A DNA stretch of 64,000 nucleotides from Eledone cirrhosa. Lineage: Eukaryota. Positions 39,636-53,000 of the stretch are shown piece by piece. The stretch spans positions 322,710,001-322,774,000 of the forward strand of contig OZ024743.1 in NCBI GenBank assembly GCA_964016885.1, given 5' to 3'. Under the pieces are notes generated by a model that saw only the letters and a program-made list of their open reading frames with translations, ran no database searches and was not told the origin of the DNA. The position numbers were made by a program, and so were the translations under genes. The stretch's first letter is position 1. Each line of letters starts with the position of its first letter.

Positions 39636-40655
39636 TTTAGGATTTAATTTTAATTTTAATTTAATTTAGGGTTTAACTTAAGATTGAATGAAAAGTAATA
39701 GATTTTCATCAAGGAAGTTTGAATTATCACCATCACCATCATTAGCATCCTCATCATATTCAACATGACCATCGATATCATCATGACCATCATCATCATT
39801 ATGCCCATCATCACCATGACCACCATCATCATCGTCGTAATCATGATGACTGTCATCACCACCACCACGGAGAAATCTTTCATTAGGGTTCCATGTAAAG
39901 CAGTGAGTTGTGAAATTTTGCAGAGGTACATTTTTTAATAAAATTTAGGAAAAGATTAATTTAATTATTTATAAACTTTGGTTGTATATTTTCATTAATG
40001 TTTCCATTCACTGAATACTTTTGATATGATAAGCAGAAACTCATAAATATTTTTATTATGCCTTTTAATTTCATGTTAATGAATATCATTAATCAAGATC
40101 AACATCATCATCATCGTTGTAGGTTTTTCTATGCTTGCATAGGTTGGAGGGGTCCGTTCCAGCACAGCATCTCTATACACATCACAGTCCTTCATTAACC
40201 CAGCTATGAGATTCAAGTCTTCCTTGGCTTCACTTCACTGTGTAGCTTCCTTCCACTGGCATTTCTTGGCACTTTTTCACCCAAAGATCATTGTCCATAT
40301 GCATATCATGACCATATAAGCACAGTCTTCTCTCTCACATACTACATCTAATTCCTCTTATATACAGCTTTTCTCGCAGCTCATCTATGCTTTGTATTTC
40401 ACACATTGCTTATCCATCGAAGCATGCTTGCTTCATTTCTCTGTAGCCTTTGCCTATCCTCCACATTCTCCACCCATATCTCACAGCATCACACTATGTA
40501 CACAAGTAGAATTGCAAGGCACATTTTCATTAAAGAAATATACAGTAATTGAGAAAGTTATGAGAATACAAAGTTAAGGAGTGGAACAGAGCCAGATTGA
40601 GTGTTTTTAAGGCCACAAAAATATATGCAAAAACAAATTATGAAATTAGAAATAC

Positions 40656-41812
40656 AAGACTAAGGTCCTTATAAGTAGACGTGAAAACAGAACCCAGATC
40701 CCCTCAGGGAAATGGCCTTGCTCAGTATGTAGGAAAGGTGTAGGTAGGAACTCCATTCTTTGCCCCAAATGCAAACAATGGGTACACAAGAGATGTAGCG
40801 GGATCTCAGGAAGCTTAATTAAGAATGTAGGATTCACATGCAGCAGCTGTGCTGAAACAGCAAGCAAACAGCCACAGGAAACAAGTACCACCAATCTCTG
40901 GGAGGGCCCTGTAGAAACAGTAGACAGCTTCTGCTACCTAGGTGACCGAATTAGCAACGGAGGTGGGTGCTCAGAAAGTACAATAACTAGGGTAAGAACG
41001 GGATGGAAGAAGTTTAGGGAACTACTACCACTGCTAGCTGCAAAAGGCTTCTCCCTCAGAATGAAAGGCAGACTGTATGATGCGTGTATCCGAACAGCGA
41101 TGTTGCATGGTAGTGAGACCTGGGCGCTGAAGGTGGAAGACTTACGTAGATTAGAGAGAAACGAAGCCTGCATGCTCCGATGGATGTGTAACAGTAATAT
41201 ACGTGAACGACAAAGCATAAATGAATTGAGAGAGAGACTGAGCATAAGAGGAATCAAATGCTGCGTGCAGGAGAGGCGGTTACGCTGGTATGGACATGTG
41301 ATGCGTATGAAGGATGACAGCTGCATAAAAAGGTGCAGAGCACTAGAAGTTGATGGAAACCGCGGAGTGGGGAGACCCAAGATGACTTGGGATGAGGTGA
41401 TAAAAGCCGACCTTACCCAACTACACCTCTCAAAGTCAATGACACACGACCGTGACTTCTGGCGTCACGCAGTAATACAGGGTACCCGACCTCCCATGGG
41501 TACATGCTGAAGCATATAAACAATATGCCCCCCCCCCCCCACCGCAAGGTGGTCGTGGAGGTGCCACGGCAAAAAAGCACCCAGCCCACACTGTAAAGTG
41601 GACGTGTAGGCGCCACGAAAAAGCACCCAGCACTCACTGTAAATGAGGTTGGTGTTAGGAAGGGCATCCAGCTGTAGAAATCAAGCCAGATCAGTTCCTG
41701 TATGAGCAAGGCATGGTCAGCCGACCAGACACTGCCCACAACAGGACAACCCGTCTAACCCATGCTAGCGTGGAAGAACGGACGTAAAACGGTGATGATG
41801 ATGATGATGATT
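40656..41812 (+). mobile_element. Young RTE LINE 3' fragment
   Basis: ORF 41061-41510; nearly identical to 57153-58111. Confidence 0.9.
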
Positions 41813-43272
41813 TGAATAAAACGGTGTTCCCACTTCCATTGTTGTGGTTATGTTTAGTTGTTAATCCAGCCCTGCAGCAGGAGGGAAGTAAACTGTAGTT
41901 ATGGCCAAAATGGCAATGGTTGCATGGATTCATCATCGACCAAGTAGTACTTTCAGTTACTGATCTCTGTGACAGCCAGGAAGCTCACTTATTGTTTAAA
42001 TACATTCCCCCACATGACTGATTATACTGGGTATATTTTATGATGGTGCCAGCACTTGTTAAGTTGCCATGTCTTTGACACAGCTGAAGAGTCCTCCCAT
42101 TATAAAAGGAAAGTAGCATGATTTAGTCAAATGTCATGTATGTATCTTATGACACCCTACTCTCAATTCTTCTTTAAGAACAAGACAGCAACATGATAGT
42201 AGGAGATTGTTGATTAAATTCACCCAGTATGTTACTGGTACATTATCTTGAAAAAGATCATAGATCTGCTTTTTTTTCAATGAATCGCTGGCTATTTTAT
42301 TAGTAGATAAAACAATATATAACAGCATAAAACACCTTGCTCAATTGGTCATAGATTCAAACCATGTATACATTTAGTATAAAGAATGGTGTGTTTATGC
42401 ATGGAGATGCTATAAAAAAAACCTTAGAGTCAGAAGTTGCCATTGGCCACTACGAGGAAACAAGCCTCATATCTCCCAGAAGGCAACTTCTTTTTCCATC
42501 TTTAAGGGTCTTCGCTCTATTTTATAAGCTATTTTATAGCATCTCCATGCATGGGCACACCACTCTTTATATTATCTTTATGCCCTTAGTGCTTCATGAA
42601 AGTCCAATAGGTCAGCTAATATAATAATAATTATGAAAATTATTGTGTACAGTGCTCAGATGCACTACAATTCATCAAAGGTGTATGTATATTACATAGA
42701 ATATATGTATACATTATTTCTCAGAGATATTTTTCTCCTTAGTTGCATTTCTAATTTAAGGTTTACATTATGAGTTTGCATGTCTCTTAGCTCCAATATA
42801 CTATTTATATATACTTATATAATTGTTTCTACTATTGGCACAAGGCCAGAAAATTACCCAGTACATTACTGGTACTTTATTTTATCGACCCCGTAAGGAT
42901 GAAAGGCAAAGTTAACCTCGGCGGGATTTGTATATACTTATATAATATACCTATATATTTGTATATACTTATATAATATACCTCGGCGGGATTTATATAT
43001 ACTTATATAATATACCTATATCATATATACTTATATAAATACCTATATTATGTGAACATAAAATATGTTTTAACCTTTATATTGAAATAACAAAAAATAT
43101 ATATATTGATTTAAATCTCTGCTTACCTAGGTTTTATTAATCAAATATATAGATTGTTTTAAGATATATTAAGAACTAAAAATCAGGGTTATCATTATCA
43201 CCACCACCACCATCATCATTAACGTCTATTTTCCATTTATATATATATATCATATATATATATGTGTGTGTG

Positions 43273-43307
<35 letters not shown>

Positions 43308-43310
<3 letters not shown>

Positions 43311-43530
43311 TAAAGGTAGAGGATCAATCATGAGCTCAACAGTTTTGATATATTAGTAAAAGTAGAGGAATGACTGCAAACTTAGCAGTTTTGGCTAGGT
43401 ACCAAGGTAACTAGCCAAAACTGCTGAATTTACAGTCATTCCTCTACTTTTACTAATATACCCACTCTGCATCATACCATGTACTTCTTTCATTTATGGT
43501 CTTCTCTGTCCTAGTACTACAGATTATCAA
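43308..43530 (+). mobile_element. Short fold-back element next to (TA)n
   Basis: Imperfect palindrome 43349-43460 centred on ggctaggtacc-aa-ggtaactagcc; one-sided tail. Confidence 0.65.
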
Positions 43531-44326
43531 TATATATATATGAGGTATATGAGAAAAGAAACAAGACTGGAGTTGGAAATGAAAATATTTCAAATCCAAA
43601 CTACAAACTAGAAGTTTTCCCCTTCAAAATAATCTCCCTCAAGTCCAACCCACTTTCCCATCCTTCTCCGCCATTCTCTATTCACTCCTGGAAGGGCTCT
43701 CTACAGTTCCATCACCATGGCCCTCTTGATAGCTTCCATGTTGAGAAAATGGGTCCCACAAACTCTATCATTGGTGATGACTATCCTCAGTTCCAATCCC
43801 TACCCAACTTATAGCTCGCAGAACACACTAAGTTCTGTTACTTTTCTGACACACCTCATATTTATATATAAGTTTATCCCGGGTTCAATCAGTAAGTAAA
43901 GTACTCAATACATAGAAGAGTATATGATGATTTCACCCGAATGAAACAGTTCTAGTCCTGTAGAAGCCATTTCTATCATCATTTCATTTTACGTTCGCTT
44001 TTTTCCCTGCTTGCAAGGGAACTGATTCTGGCTTGATTTCTACAGCTGGATGCCCTTCCTAATACCAACCTTATTTACAGTGAGTGCCGGGTGCTTTTTT
44101 GCTGTGGCACCTCCACATCCACTTTACAGTGTGGGCTGGGTGCTTTTTTGCAGTGGAATGATAGGGACCCCAGTCCCTATGATCTCATTTCTACAGCTGA
44201 GTAAACTGGAGCAATGTGAAATAAAGTGTCTTGCTCAAAGAAACAACACATCACCCGGTCTGAGAATTGAACTCACAACCTTTTGATTACAAGGCCAATG
44301 CTCTAACCACTAAGCCATGTGCCTCC

Positions 44327-44640
44327 ATTAATAAAATAGATGTTCTTTTGATCAATTAAATTTTATTATACATATTTTGGATGTACAACTGTACGTCCTC
44401 ATCAGACAAAATATAATGATACATGACATACCCTGAGATGTTAAATGGTTAAGATTTAATCAAGGTAGACATCCGAAATATGTATAATAAAATGTAATTG
44501 ATCAAAAGAACATCTATTTTATTAATACTTATATTTTAATATTAATAACTCCAGAAAATTTTGTTGCCGTTGAGTGCTTCCAATCTACTGTAAAACTTAT
44601 TCTTTGACATAATCATTGAATATTGTTTAACAATTTAATA
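44327..44640 (+). mobile_element. PLE-type fold-back element with a hammerhead
   Basis: 44327-44384 inverted at 44469-44526; tail with ttgagtgctt; hammerhead on the minus strand at 44360-44412. Confidence 0.7.
44360..44412 (-). ncRNA. Hammerhead ribozyme with a G12-to-A core change
   Basis: attttgt-CTGATGA-ggacgtaca[gt]tgtacatcc-aAAA-tatgt-ATA-ataaaat; the opposite arm keeps catccGAAA. Confidence 0.6.
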
Positions 44641-44651
44641 TATATATATAT

Positions 44652-44965
44652 ATACGATATTAACAAATGGAAACTATATTTATAAAACGATATTTATTTC
44701 ATTTTATATATTTCAAGGACAGTAATGGTTGCATTCTTTAAGGGTATGTCAATATTTATTTATAAAACTGCTCTATATTATATTTTATTTGATGAAAGCA
44801 CACCATAATTTAACTTGATGTCCTTGAAATATGTATAATGAAATAAATATCGTTTTATAAATATATTTTCCATTTGTTAATATCGTATTTTTACTCCAAT
44901 TATTTGTTGAGTGCTTTATATCAGTTATAAAAATATTTGCTTGTTGTATCCCAACAATTTAAATA
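44652..44965 (+). mobile_element. PLE-type fold-back element with decayed hammerhead
   Basis: 44652-44721 inverted at 44819-44888; tTGATGA-aagcaca...tgtcctt-GAAA; tail ttgagtgcttt. Confidence 0.6.
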
Positions 44966-45027
44966 GAACTTTTACATATATATATATATATATGTAGGTA
45001 TGTATGTATGTATGTATGTATGTATGT

Positions 45028-45635
45028 CAGGTCACCAGTTGGTGCTACTGGTAACATGTATCCCAGTACAACCTGTCCCATAGTCGGGTCGTTGGCGACT
45101 AAACTGGCAACCCCACCAAGGTTTCTTGGTGAAGAGGGTGACTTTGGACATCCTGCAGGACTAAAAACAAAACCTGTCAAAGGGCAAAGGAGCTCTTAAA
45201 AGTCAATGGCCATCCAAAATCACTGGGAGAGATGACCCCTTAGCCTTTGTCAAGGCAGAATTGTAGGAGAAGGAAAACTCTGATATAACACCTGCAACCC
45301 TGATGGTATCCAATGATGTTGACTTGTTCTTCTTTTTGGTAAATATCACCTTGGTTAAGAGAGTGGGACTGGCTTTGTGCAGTGCCTTTGCTCACTATAA
45401 AAGCTTCACGGCACAGGCATTGCTTTATATCTGGAGATCTCTCTGCACTTGTCGTCACATGGTACCATGGGCCCAGCACTATGTGTCAATAATTGTCACA
45501 AGTGTAGTGTTTGTACCAGAGTTTTCAAGTCGCTGGCTGGACTAAAAAGTCACACTTGTTCAGCTCATCGGTAGGGGTTCTCCTACATGGATATAAAGTA
45601 GTGGCCGTACTCAAAAACGAGTTGGCAGCCACCAT
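45028..45635 (+). mobile_element. Non-coding repeat resembling an RTE 5' UTR; paralogous segment at 45955-46172
   Basis: Shared blocks ccc(t)tagcc..tgtca, taggagaagg, gatgttga, agagagtggga.tggct, cacaggcattgc. Confidence 0.55.
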
Positions 45636-46204
45636 GTATGTATGTATGTAACGGTAACACGAACGGCTTCAATTATACGAACTCTTGAAAGTCAGCAGTT
45701 GACATAATCTTGTAATCTTGTATCAGTAATGACGGTAAAATATATATATATATATGTGTGTGTGTAAGTGAGTAGCGTGTGTGTATTTGTTTGTATGTAT
45801 GGGTGTTGGTGTGCGCGCGTATGTATGTGTGTGTGGGCGCGTGTGTGTATGTCATACGTATAAGTGTCAATAAGTGAGTTTTTTGGGATTTTTTTATGCG
45901 CGGAGACAGAAATAATCGGGCTGGATACCTGATCGCGCAGTTAAACCACTACGAATGAACAACCCCTAGCCCTTGTCAGAGCATTCTTCTAGGAGAAGGC
46001 ATCTCAGGAAACTGGGTTAACTCCAACATAAAACCTGCGGCTCGGTAGTTACCGATGATGTTGATCTTTTCTTCCTTTCGGGTTATAGCTACTGTCGCTC
46101 AGAGAGTGGGATTGGCTCAGTGCACAGTCTTTCCTCCCTTTAAAAAATTCGTCACACACAGGCATTGCACGATTGCATTAATTAATAATTATTAATAGTG
46201 TATT

Positions 46205-49200
46205 ATTGTTCTTTGAGTCTCAGTCATTGATGTTAGTTAACTGGAAAGTTTGTTGAAATGAATATCAAGCGACTACCTGCAGCCTCAGATATCCAGGACG
46301 TATCGGAGGGTTCTTGCGCTGTTCCCAGCAAGCATGCCTTTTGAAGCGTTCCAAAAAGCGAGGCGGGGCCAATTTTCTTTAACCATCCCTGGAAACTTTT
46401 TGAGATAGTACCTAGTGCGCCTATGACAATCGGGACCACTTTGATTTCATGGCAGTTCCAAATCCTTTTTACCTCCCACTTTAAGTCCTGGTATCGGTTA
46501 ATTTTCTCCCTCTCCTTCTCTTGCACTCTCGTGTCGAATGGGCAGGCCACATCCACAATCAGGCACCATCTTTTTTTCTTTGTCCAAAACCACCAGGTCA
46601 GGTCTATTGTGTTCCAGTTTCCTGTCCGTCTGTATCCTAAAATCCCACAGCACCTTCACCTGATCGTTTTCTATCACCGACTCTGGCTTATGCTCATACC
46701 ACTTCTCAGAATGTGGTAAATTGTTTACTTTGCATAGGTGCCAGTGGATCACCCTGCCCATCACATCATGTCTCCAGCCTTTATAGTGAGTCTGGGCTAG
46801 GTGTTTACACTCGGATACAATGTGAGCCACAGTCTCCTCTCTCTCTCCATAGATCCTGCACAGTGGGCTAGCCTCCTCCTTGTAAATATGGTGTTTCAGC
46901 CACTTCGTTTTGAGGGCCTGCTCTTGCGCAACTATTAGCATTCCTTCTGTAGCCTTTTTAAGGTCTCCTCTTTTCAACCAGTTCCATGTCTGTGGATCTC
47001 TGAATTCAGTTTTCTCAAAGAAGGTACTATGAAGGGATTTTTCATGAAGGCTGCTCTTTCTCCTTGTTGTTATTTCCTCCTTGGACATCTCCTGGTCTAT
47101 TGTCCTCTCCTTCAGTACAATTCTGAGCATTAGCTCCTTACTATCAGTCACGTATTTGTGTAGGTGGTTTTTCTCCATCTGAACACAGTCCTCTATGCTG
47201 ATAAGACCTCTTCCACCTTCAGATCTCCTTAAGTAGAGTCTATCGACATCACTCCTCTTGTGAAACATGTTGTAGATAGTCAATAGCTTCCTAGTCTTCC
47301 TATCCATTTCTTTTTGTTCAGCAACATTCCATCTCAGAATTCCTGCACTGTACTTAATAATAGACACAGCTCGGGAATTTACTGCACTTATGGCATTCCT
47401 ACTGTTCAGATGTGACTTTAATACGCTCCTTACTCTCCGAATGTATTCAGATCTTATCAATTCCTTCATTTTTTTGTTCTTGATGTCATCAGCCTCCAGA
47501 ACACCCAAATACTTGTATCTTTCTTCAGTGTCAATTTCCTTTATCATCTCACCTGTTGGTATCTGGATCCCGTTACTTCTGCTCAACCTACCCCTCTTCA
47601 TCACAATGACTCCACATTTACCAATACCAAACTGCATACATATATCACTGCTGAAAATACGGACAGTGTCAACAAGCACATCCAACTCCTTCTCACTTTT
47701 CCCGAAGAGCTTAAGATCGTCCATGAAGAGGAGGTGATTGATGGTAAGCTCTCCCCTTCCCAACTTGTATCCTGCTCTCACTTTTCGCAGCATAATGGTC
47801 AAGGGTATCAGGGCAAGGACAAACAACAGAGGGGACAGGCTATCTCCCTGGAAGATACCCCTGCACACCATCTGGGCCTGGTGATTTCCAGTTCGTTAGT
47901 TTTTTGGCCTGCCCCTTAAGAGTTTCAACTGTGATACTCAAATCAGTTTGTTGGTGTGCCTGTTCACTAATCTCCTTTTGTACTGTTTCAATCCACACTG
48001 CCTCGTCATTATGTTTAACATCCTGCTCCCATATTCCTCTTCAGAATGTCTTAGTTTGTTTCGCCTCAGGGATCAAGTCGTTGGCTCTTTCTTTCCCTTT
48101 AAGCTGTCCAAACAACATCTTCTGGTTGTTGTCAAACATGCAGTTCTGTCTATACTGACTGACTCTGCTCTCGTATCACCTAATTTTTGCACTCTTTGCT
48201 ACAATGCGTTGCTTCAGTTCCTCTATGATAATATTTAGCTTTTTCCTCCTAGTTTTGTACTTTATTTCCAGTCTATTTTTAGTGTCTATGTTTTTTAGTG
48301 TCCCATTCAGTAGGGACTCAAGCTTTCCAATGTCATTTCTCATTTCCCTGATTTGACCATTCAGTCCTTTCTTCCACCAAGGTTATGATCTTTCTTGTTT
48401 GTTTTTTCCTCTCGCTTTTATGCCAAGTAATTTCCTCACCGCATTTGCTGTTGCTTTGAGGATATTGTTGCACTGGTGAAGGCTCCTCGCCTCAAGTATG
48501 GGATGACTTTGTTTACCTTAGCTGTTGTTTCTTTTAACTTTTTCCTGTCTACAAATCTTAGGTTCATAGGTTTCCCACTATCATTGTTCATTTCATCTAC
48601 CACTAAGTTTAGGATATAAACCAAATCTTGTCCTAGCTCGTCAGCATTCATCTCCTCAATGGCCGTATCTTTGTTCCAGGTATTATTTATTTCAGCATTC
48701 AGATCATTGTCTGCTTCGGATGGTTCCTCCGTTCTCTCAACCTCTTCACCTTCATTTCCCACTGGCTCGTTTGCCTGGCATACTCCAGTCTCCATTTCCA
48801 ACCTAATCTCTCTGCTCAGTTCCTCCAGTTCCAGCTCGCTTATCCACCCATTAGTTCTTATTACCCAAGCCTGCCCAGCCAATTTTTGTTCATCTAATTT
48901 AAATAGACCAATCTCGTTCCAGATGTTATGCATCCGTTTCCTATAGCCTTTTTCCTTGGGGTTACTCTTCAGGTAACATTGCATAATAGTTCTATTCAAT
49001 TCTTTCGTCCAGTTGGTTCTGGTCCCTTTCCTTCTTTTTCTTCCTCTGACACCAGCAGTATTTGGTTGACAGCCAGGTCCCTGTTGCTGAGCCAGGGAGC
49101 ACCTGCTGAGTGAGAGTCTGTCACATGACATTCCAGTCTCCACTTCACCGTTATTCGAACTGTTTAGGTTCGACATTTAAACACTCTTATCAAGGATTGG

Positions 49201-49290
49201 TGAATGTCTGGTTACATAACCACCGGTGATTTCATCACCTCCGGGAATTTGATCACCCCCAGTGATTTTAGCATGGCACTATCATGCTGT
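46205..49290 (-). mobile_element. R4/Dong-like non-LTR retrotransposon (RT + CCHC + restriction-like endonuclease), internally deleted
   Basis: RGIFQGDSLSPLLF, HLLFMDDLKL, ETVAHIVSEC, WRHD, HNRPDLVV, DVACPFD..EKEREK, VPIVIGALG; N-terminal ORF 48436-49176; 3' end abuts TAA-rich sequence. Confidence 0.88.
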
Positions 49291-50063
49291 AGAAGAACAT
49301 AAATAAACAGACAAACAAATAGGTAAAAACCCCAAAAAATAAGCATAAGTTTCATTGTAATGTAATGTTTGAATGTCTGACTTAGTTTTGTTGCTTGTCT
49401 GTCTGTTTTTCTTTTCTTTTTTCTTTTCTTTACGTTTTTCGTTGCTGCTGTGCTATTTTGATTTTTGATTTTTTGATTTTTTGACCGGGTCATCAAATCA
49501 GTCTATTTATATCTTTTGATGCCTTCCTCATTTAGTGGGAATACTACGATGCCTGTCTTAGCAGGAGGTAGTGGGAGAGAATAGCGGCGGTAGCAATAAT
49601 GAGGCAGTGGTGGTGGTGATGTGATCGTAGTACTGTAGTGATGGTGTTGAAGTTGAAGTAGAAATAGAAGTTGAGGTAACTTGACTAGAGTTTTTGGTGT
49701 GGCGGTGGTGGTGTTGGTGGTGAAATTATTTGCCTGTCTGTCCACTTAGCCATTTTTCTCTTTTTCGACTATAACATTTCTGATCCAAAATTAAATATTA
49801 AATATTGGGGCCCTATGCCGTAATGTGATGCATTGTCGCTTGCTGAGAGTCAAAACTGTAATCTTATATTTCATTTGTAATAAGAATTATTCTATTTTAA
49901 AATAAGTAAAATTATTCTAGTTTTAAATAAGTAAAATTCAAAAACTTACTTATTATTATTATTATTAGATCTTAAAGGGAGGTAACTCTATGCTTCAAAG
50001 CATGGCGTCCGACCCTCTACCGATACTGCCATTCCACTGCCTTAAATTATTATTATTATTATT

Positions 50064-53000
50064 GGTCTAAGCGGGCGTATTTTGCTCGCTCACAGTAAGT
50101 CGCTTTATTTGCCTGTTAAAATTATTTGTTGTTAAATATTTCTTGTTGTGTAAGGGATATAAGCCTTTAGACTTTGCCCCGTGAAGGGGAAAGTATAATA
50201 TTTGGGCCTTTTGGCCCAAATATTTGAACTTTTTTTTACATGTTAAAAAATTTACAAAAAAAAAAAAAAAAATATGGCTGAGCCACGCCCTCCATCGATA
50301 TGTCGGCTGTCGTGCGACAACGACCTAGAAATTGAGAGGAGTGCTACAGCGAAATTAACACACATTGATAACACAAACACCACCACAAACAAGGTAAACA
50401 AAGACACCAATGATACCAATAAGAACTCAAATTTTGAAAAAAATGACAGTAACAGCGACAACGAAAATACAGATAACAAAAAAAAAAATAACAAATACAA
50501 CAACAATATCAACACCACTAACATGAAAACAAATAGCGACAACACCAACAGCAACAATACCAACTGCACCGAGAACAACGGTGGCAACAAAGACAACAAT
50601 GATAACAGCGACAGTGCTAACAACAACACCAACAAGAACAACGTCAACAACACCCCCAACGAAAACAAGAAGAACACTTTCGCTGCGGCAGCAGCAAAAA
50701 AGAGGCCATGCTTCAACATGGACCTCTCAAACAAAGATGAAAAGTTGGCCCAGGCATGGAAGCTCATCAAGCAAGAGCAAACTTGGGCCAACTTAACTGT
50801 CCTGGTAGAAACTATTGAGGCAGTGGAGCGCATTATAGATGCATCTCAGCACAAACCAAAAGGGCAGCTTTAATCCCATAAGAAGATGTCGAAGTCGCGC
50901 TGAGGTGCATCAGAGAAGACACCCAGTACATAGAGAGGGGCAGACAGTACGGCACCGTTTCGGTGTTGTTCAAGTCAGAAGCCCTCGCTATGAAACATGC
51001 TATGACTCCTTGCAAAACCAGCAAGGTCATAATGTACCCCTCCCACATGGGAAAAAGAACGGCCCGTCTCCGCATTCCCAGGATCCCACCAAGACTTGAC
51101 ATGTGGTGGCTTCTGGGATGTGTGATTGTGGAGGGGGCGGATACAGTCCCTATAGAAGTGACCAGAATGGCCAGAGAGGACTGGTCCGGGGTTGACCTGG
51201 AGATCCTTCACCAGATCAGGCCCGAGAATGTGAAGACAATCCCGGACCACATCCGCCTTCAGAATGGGACTGTCATTCACAGTGTTTTGTTTGTGGGGAA
51301 AAAACCCATTTGCGAGCCTTCCGCCCTCAACTGCTGAAAGAGGCAAGGGGTCGAAAGGCTCCACTGCTGCCGACGCCGGGGCGAGGACCACAACCAACAC
51401 CAGCACCGGCAAAACCACCAATAGAAAGACCGCCACCAACATTGACCACCCAGGGGGGAAACGAGGAAAGCTGTCAAACTCCCCCACCCCCCAAAAATAC
51501 ACACACCAATAAAACCATAAACATACATACAGACACACTTACAGACACAGACCCCTCATCTACCAGTAGTGAAGATGAGGGAAATTCAAAATCCCCCAAA
51601 ATACAAAAAAGGAAACACAAAAAGAAAAAAAAACTCAACAAAGCACAAAAGCACCCACAATAAAAAACGCAGACACCACCCACGCAAACATCTCTCCAAT
51701 AACACCAACATCAACACCACCATCACCATCACCAGAATCCCCCAAACGCAAACAACTGAAACAGACGCAAGAACAAATATACACACAAACATCTGAAACC
51801 ACAGACACCGCACTCACAACAAAACACAGATACAACCGAAACAACACCACCAAAACCATCACCACCACAGCCACGCAAACAAATAAAATCACACCAACAA
51901 AACATACAAAACTTCGTGCTCGTCAGGAGGGCCAACAAGGAACTGATAGCCCTCGTAGCACGAATTGAAAATATACAAAAAGAAGGGGAAATTTTTAAAT
52001 CGAGCACATTTCGCGTGCAGGAAGATTTGGTTCTGGTGCGAATGTCACTCAACATATTCAAAGAAATACGAGACAGCTTTCCTCGGGATGTGGGAACCCC
52101 GAGCGTAAAACCCACTTCAAGACTTTTAAAGGAGTTCCCAAAAGAAATCCCACTAACTATGGAGGTCGAACAACCTGACCTTCACAAGAGCCCGGAAGGT
52201 AAGTAAACCTTCCTCTCTCTCTGTTTAACCTGCCAACATGGCCGTATTAAGAGTAGGATGTTTAAATGTTCGAGGCCTGGGATCGTCCTGGAAGCAGGGT
52301 CACCTGCTCAACGACCTCAGGTCTATAGAAATGGATGTAATTGCAGTCAGTGAGACCAGGATTTCCGACACGCGCGCACTAGCCCCCATTTTCGACGACT
52401 ATCAGATCTTTGCATCTGTTAGCCAGCCGGGAATGGGAGGCGGGGTGGCAGTGCTGTTTAGGAAAGGCCTGGATCTCGAGGTAAGGTCGATCTTCCGGGA
52501 CCCGGACGGGAAGTTGGTGGTCCTGGACGTGAACAATAAAGAAGGTGGTGCCTTTAGACTGGTGGCCGTCTATGCTCCTACTGGGGCAGGACAGCCGGAC
52601 TTCTTTAGACGCCTGGAAGCCTTTCTGGGTACGTCTCGCCCTTTACTGTTAGCGGGGGACTGGAACGGCATCTTCGATGCGCGTTGGGACTGTGTGGGAG
52701 TATCCGATAGGAGCGGGGGGTACAAAAGCCTCAAGAACCTGATCAGGCTGTTCTAACTGTCTGACAGGTACCAACTAGATTTCCCTAATGCGCCAGTGTG
52801 GACCTGGGCTAACCGCATAGGGTCATCTAGATCGTATATAGACAGGATATTCATTAGGTAAATAGACAGAAATAGTGTAAGCTGTCCACGTTTTGAAATG
52901 GTCGCCTATTCAGATCACAAGTTTGTGATCTGTATGGTCGACCTAGATAAGACACGTAGGGTAGGACCTGGTTACTAGAAGCTAAACATGTCATTTCCGG

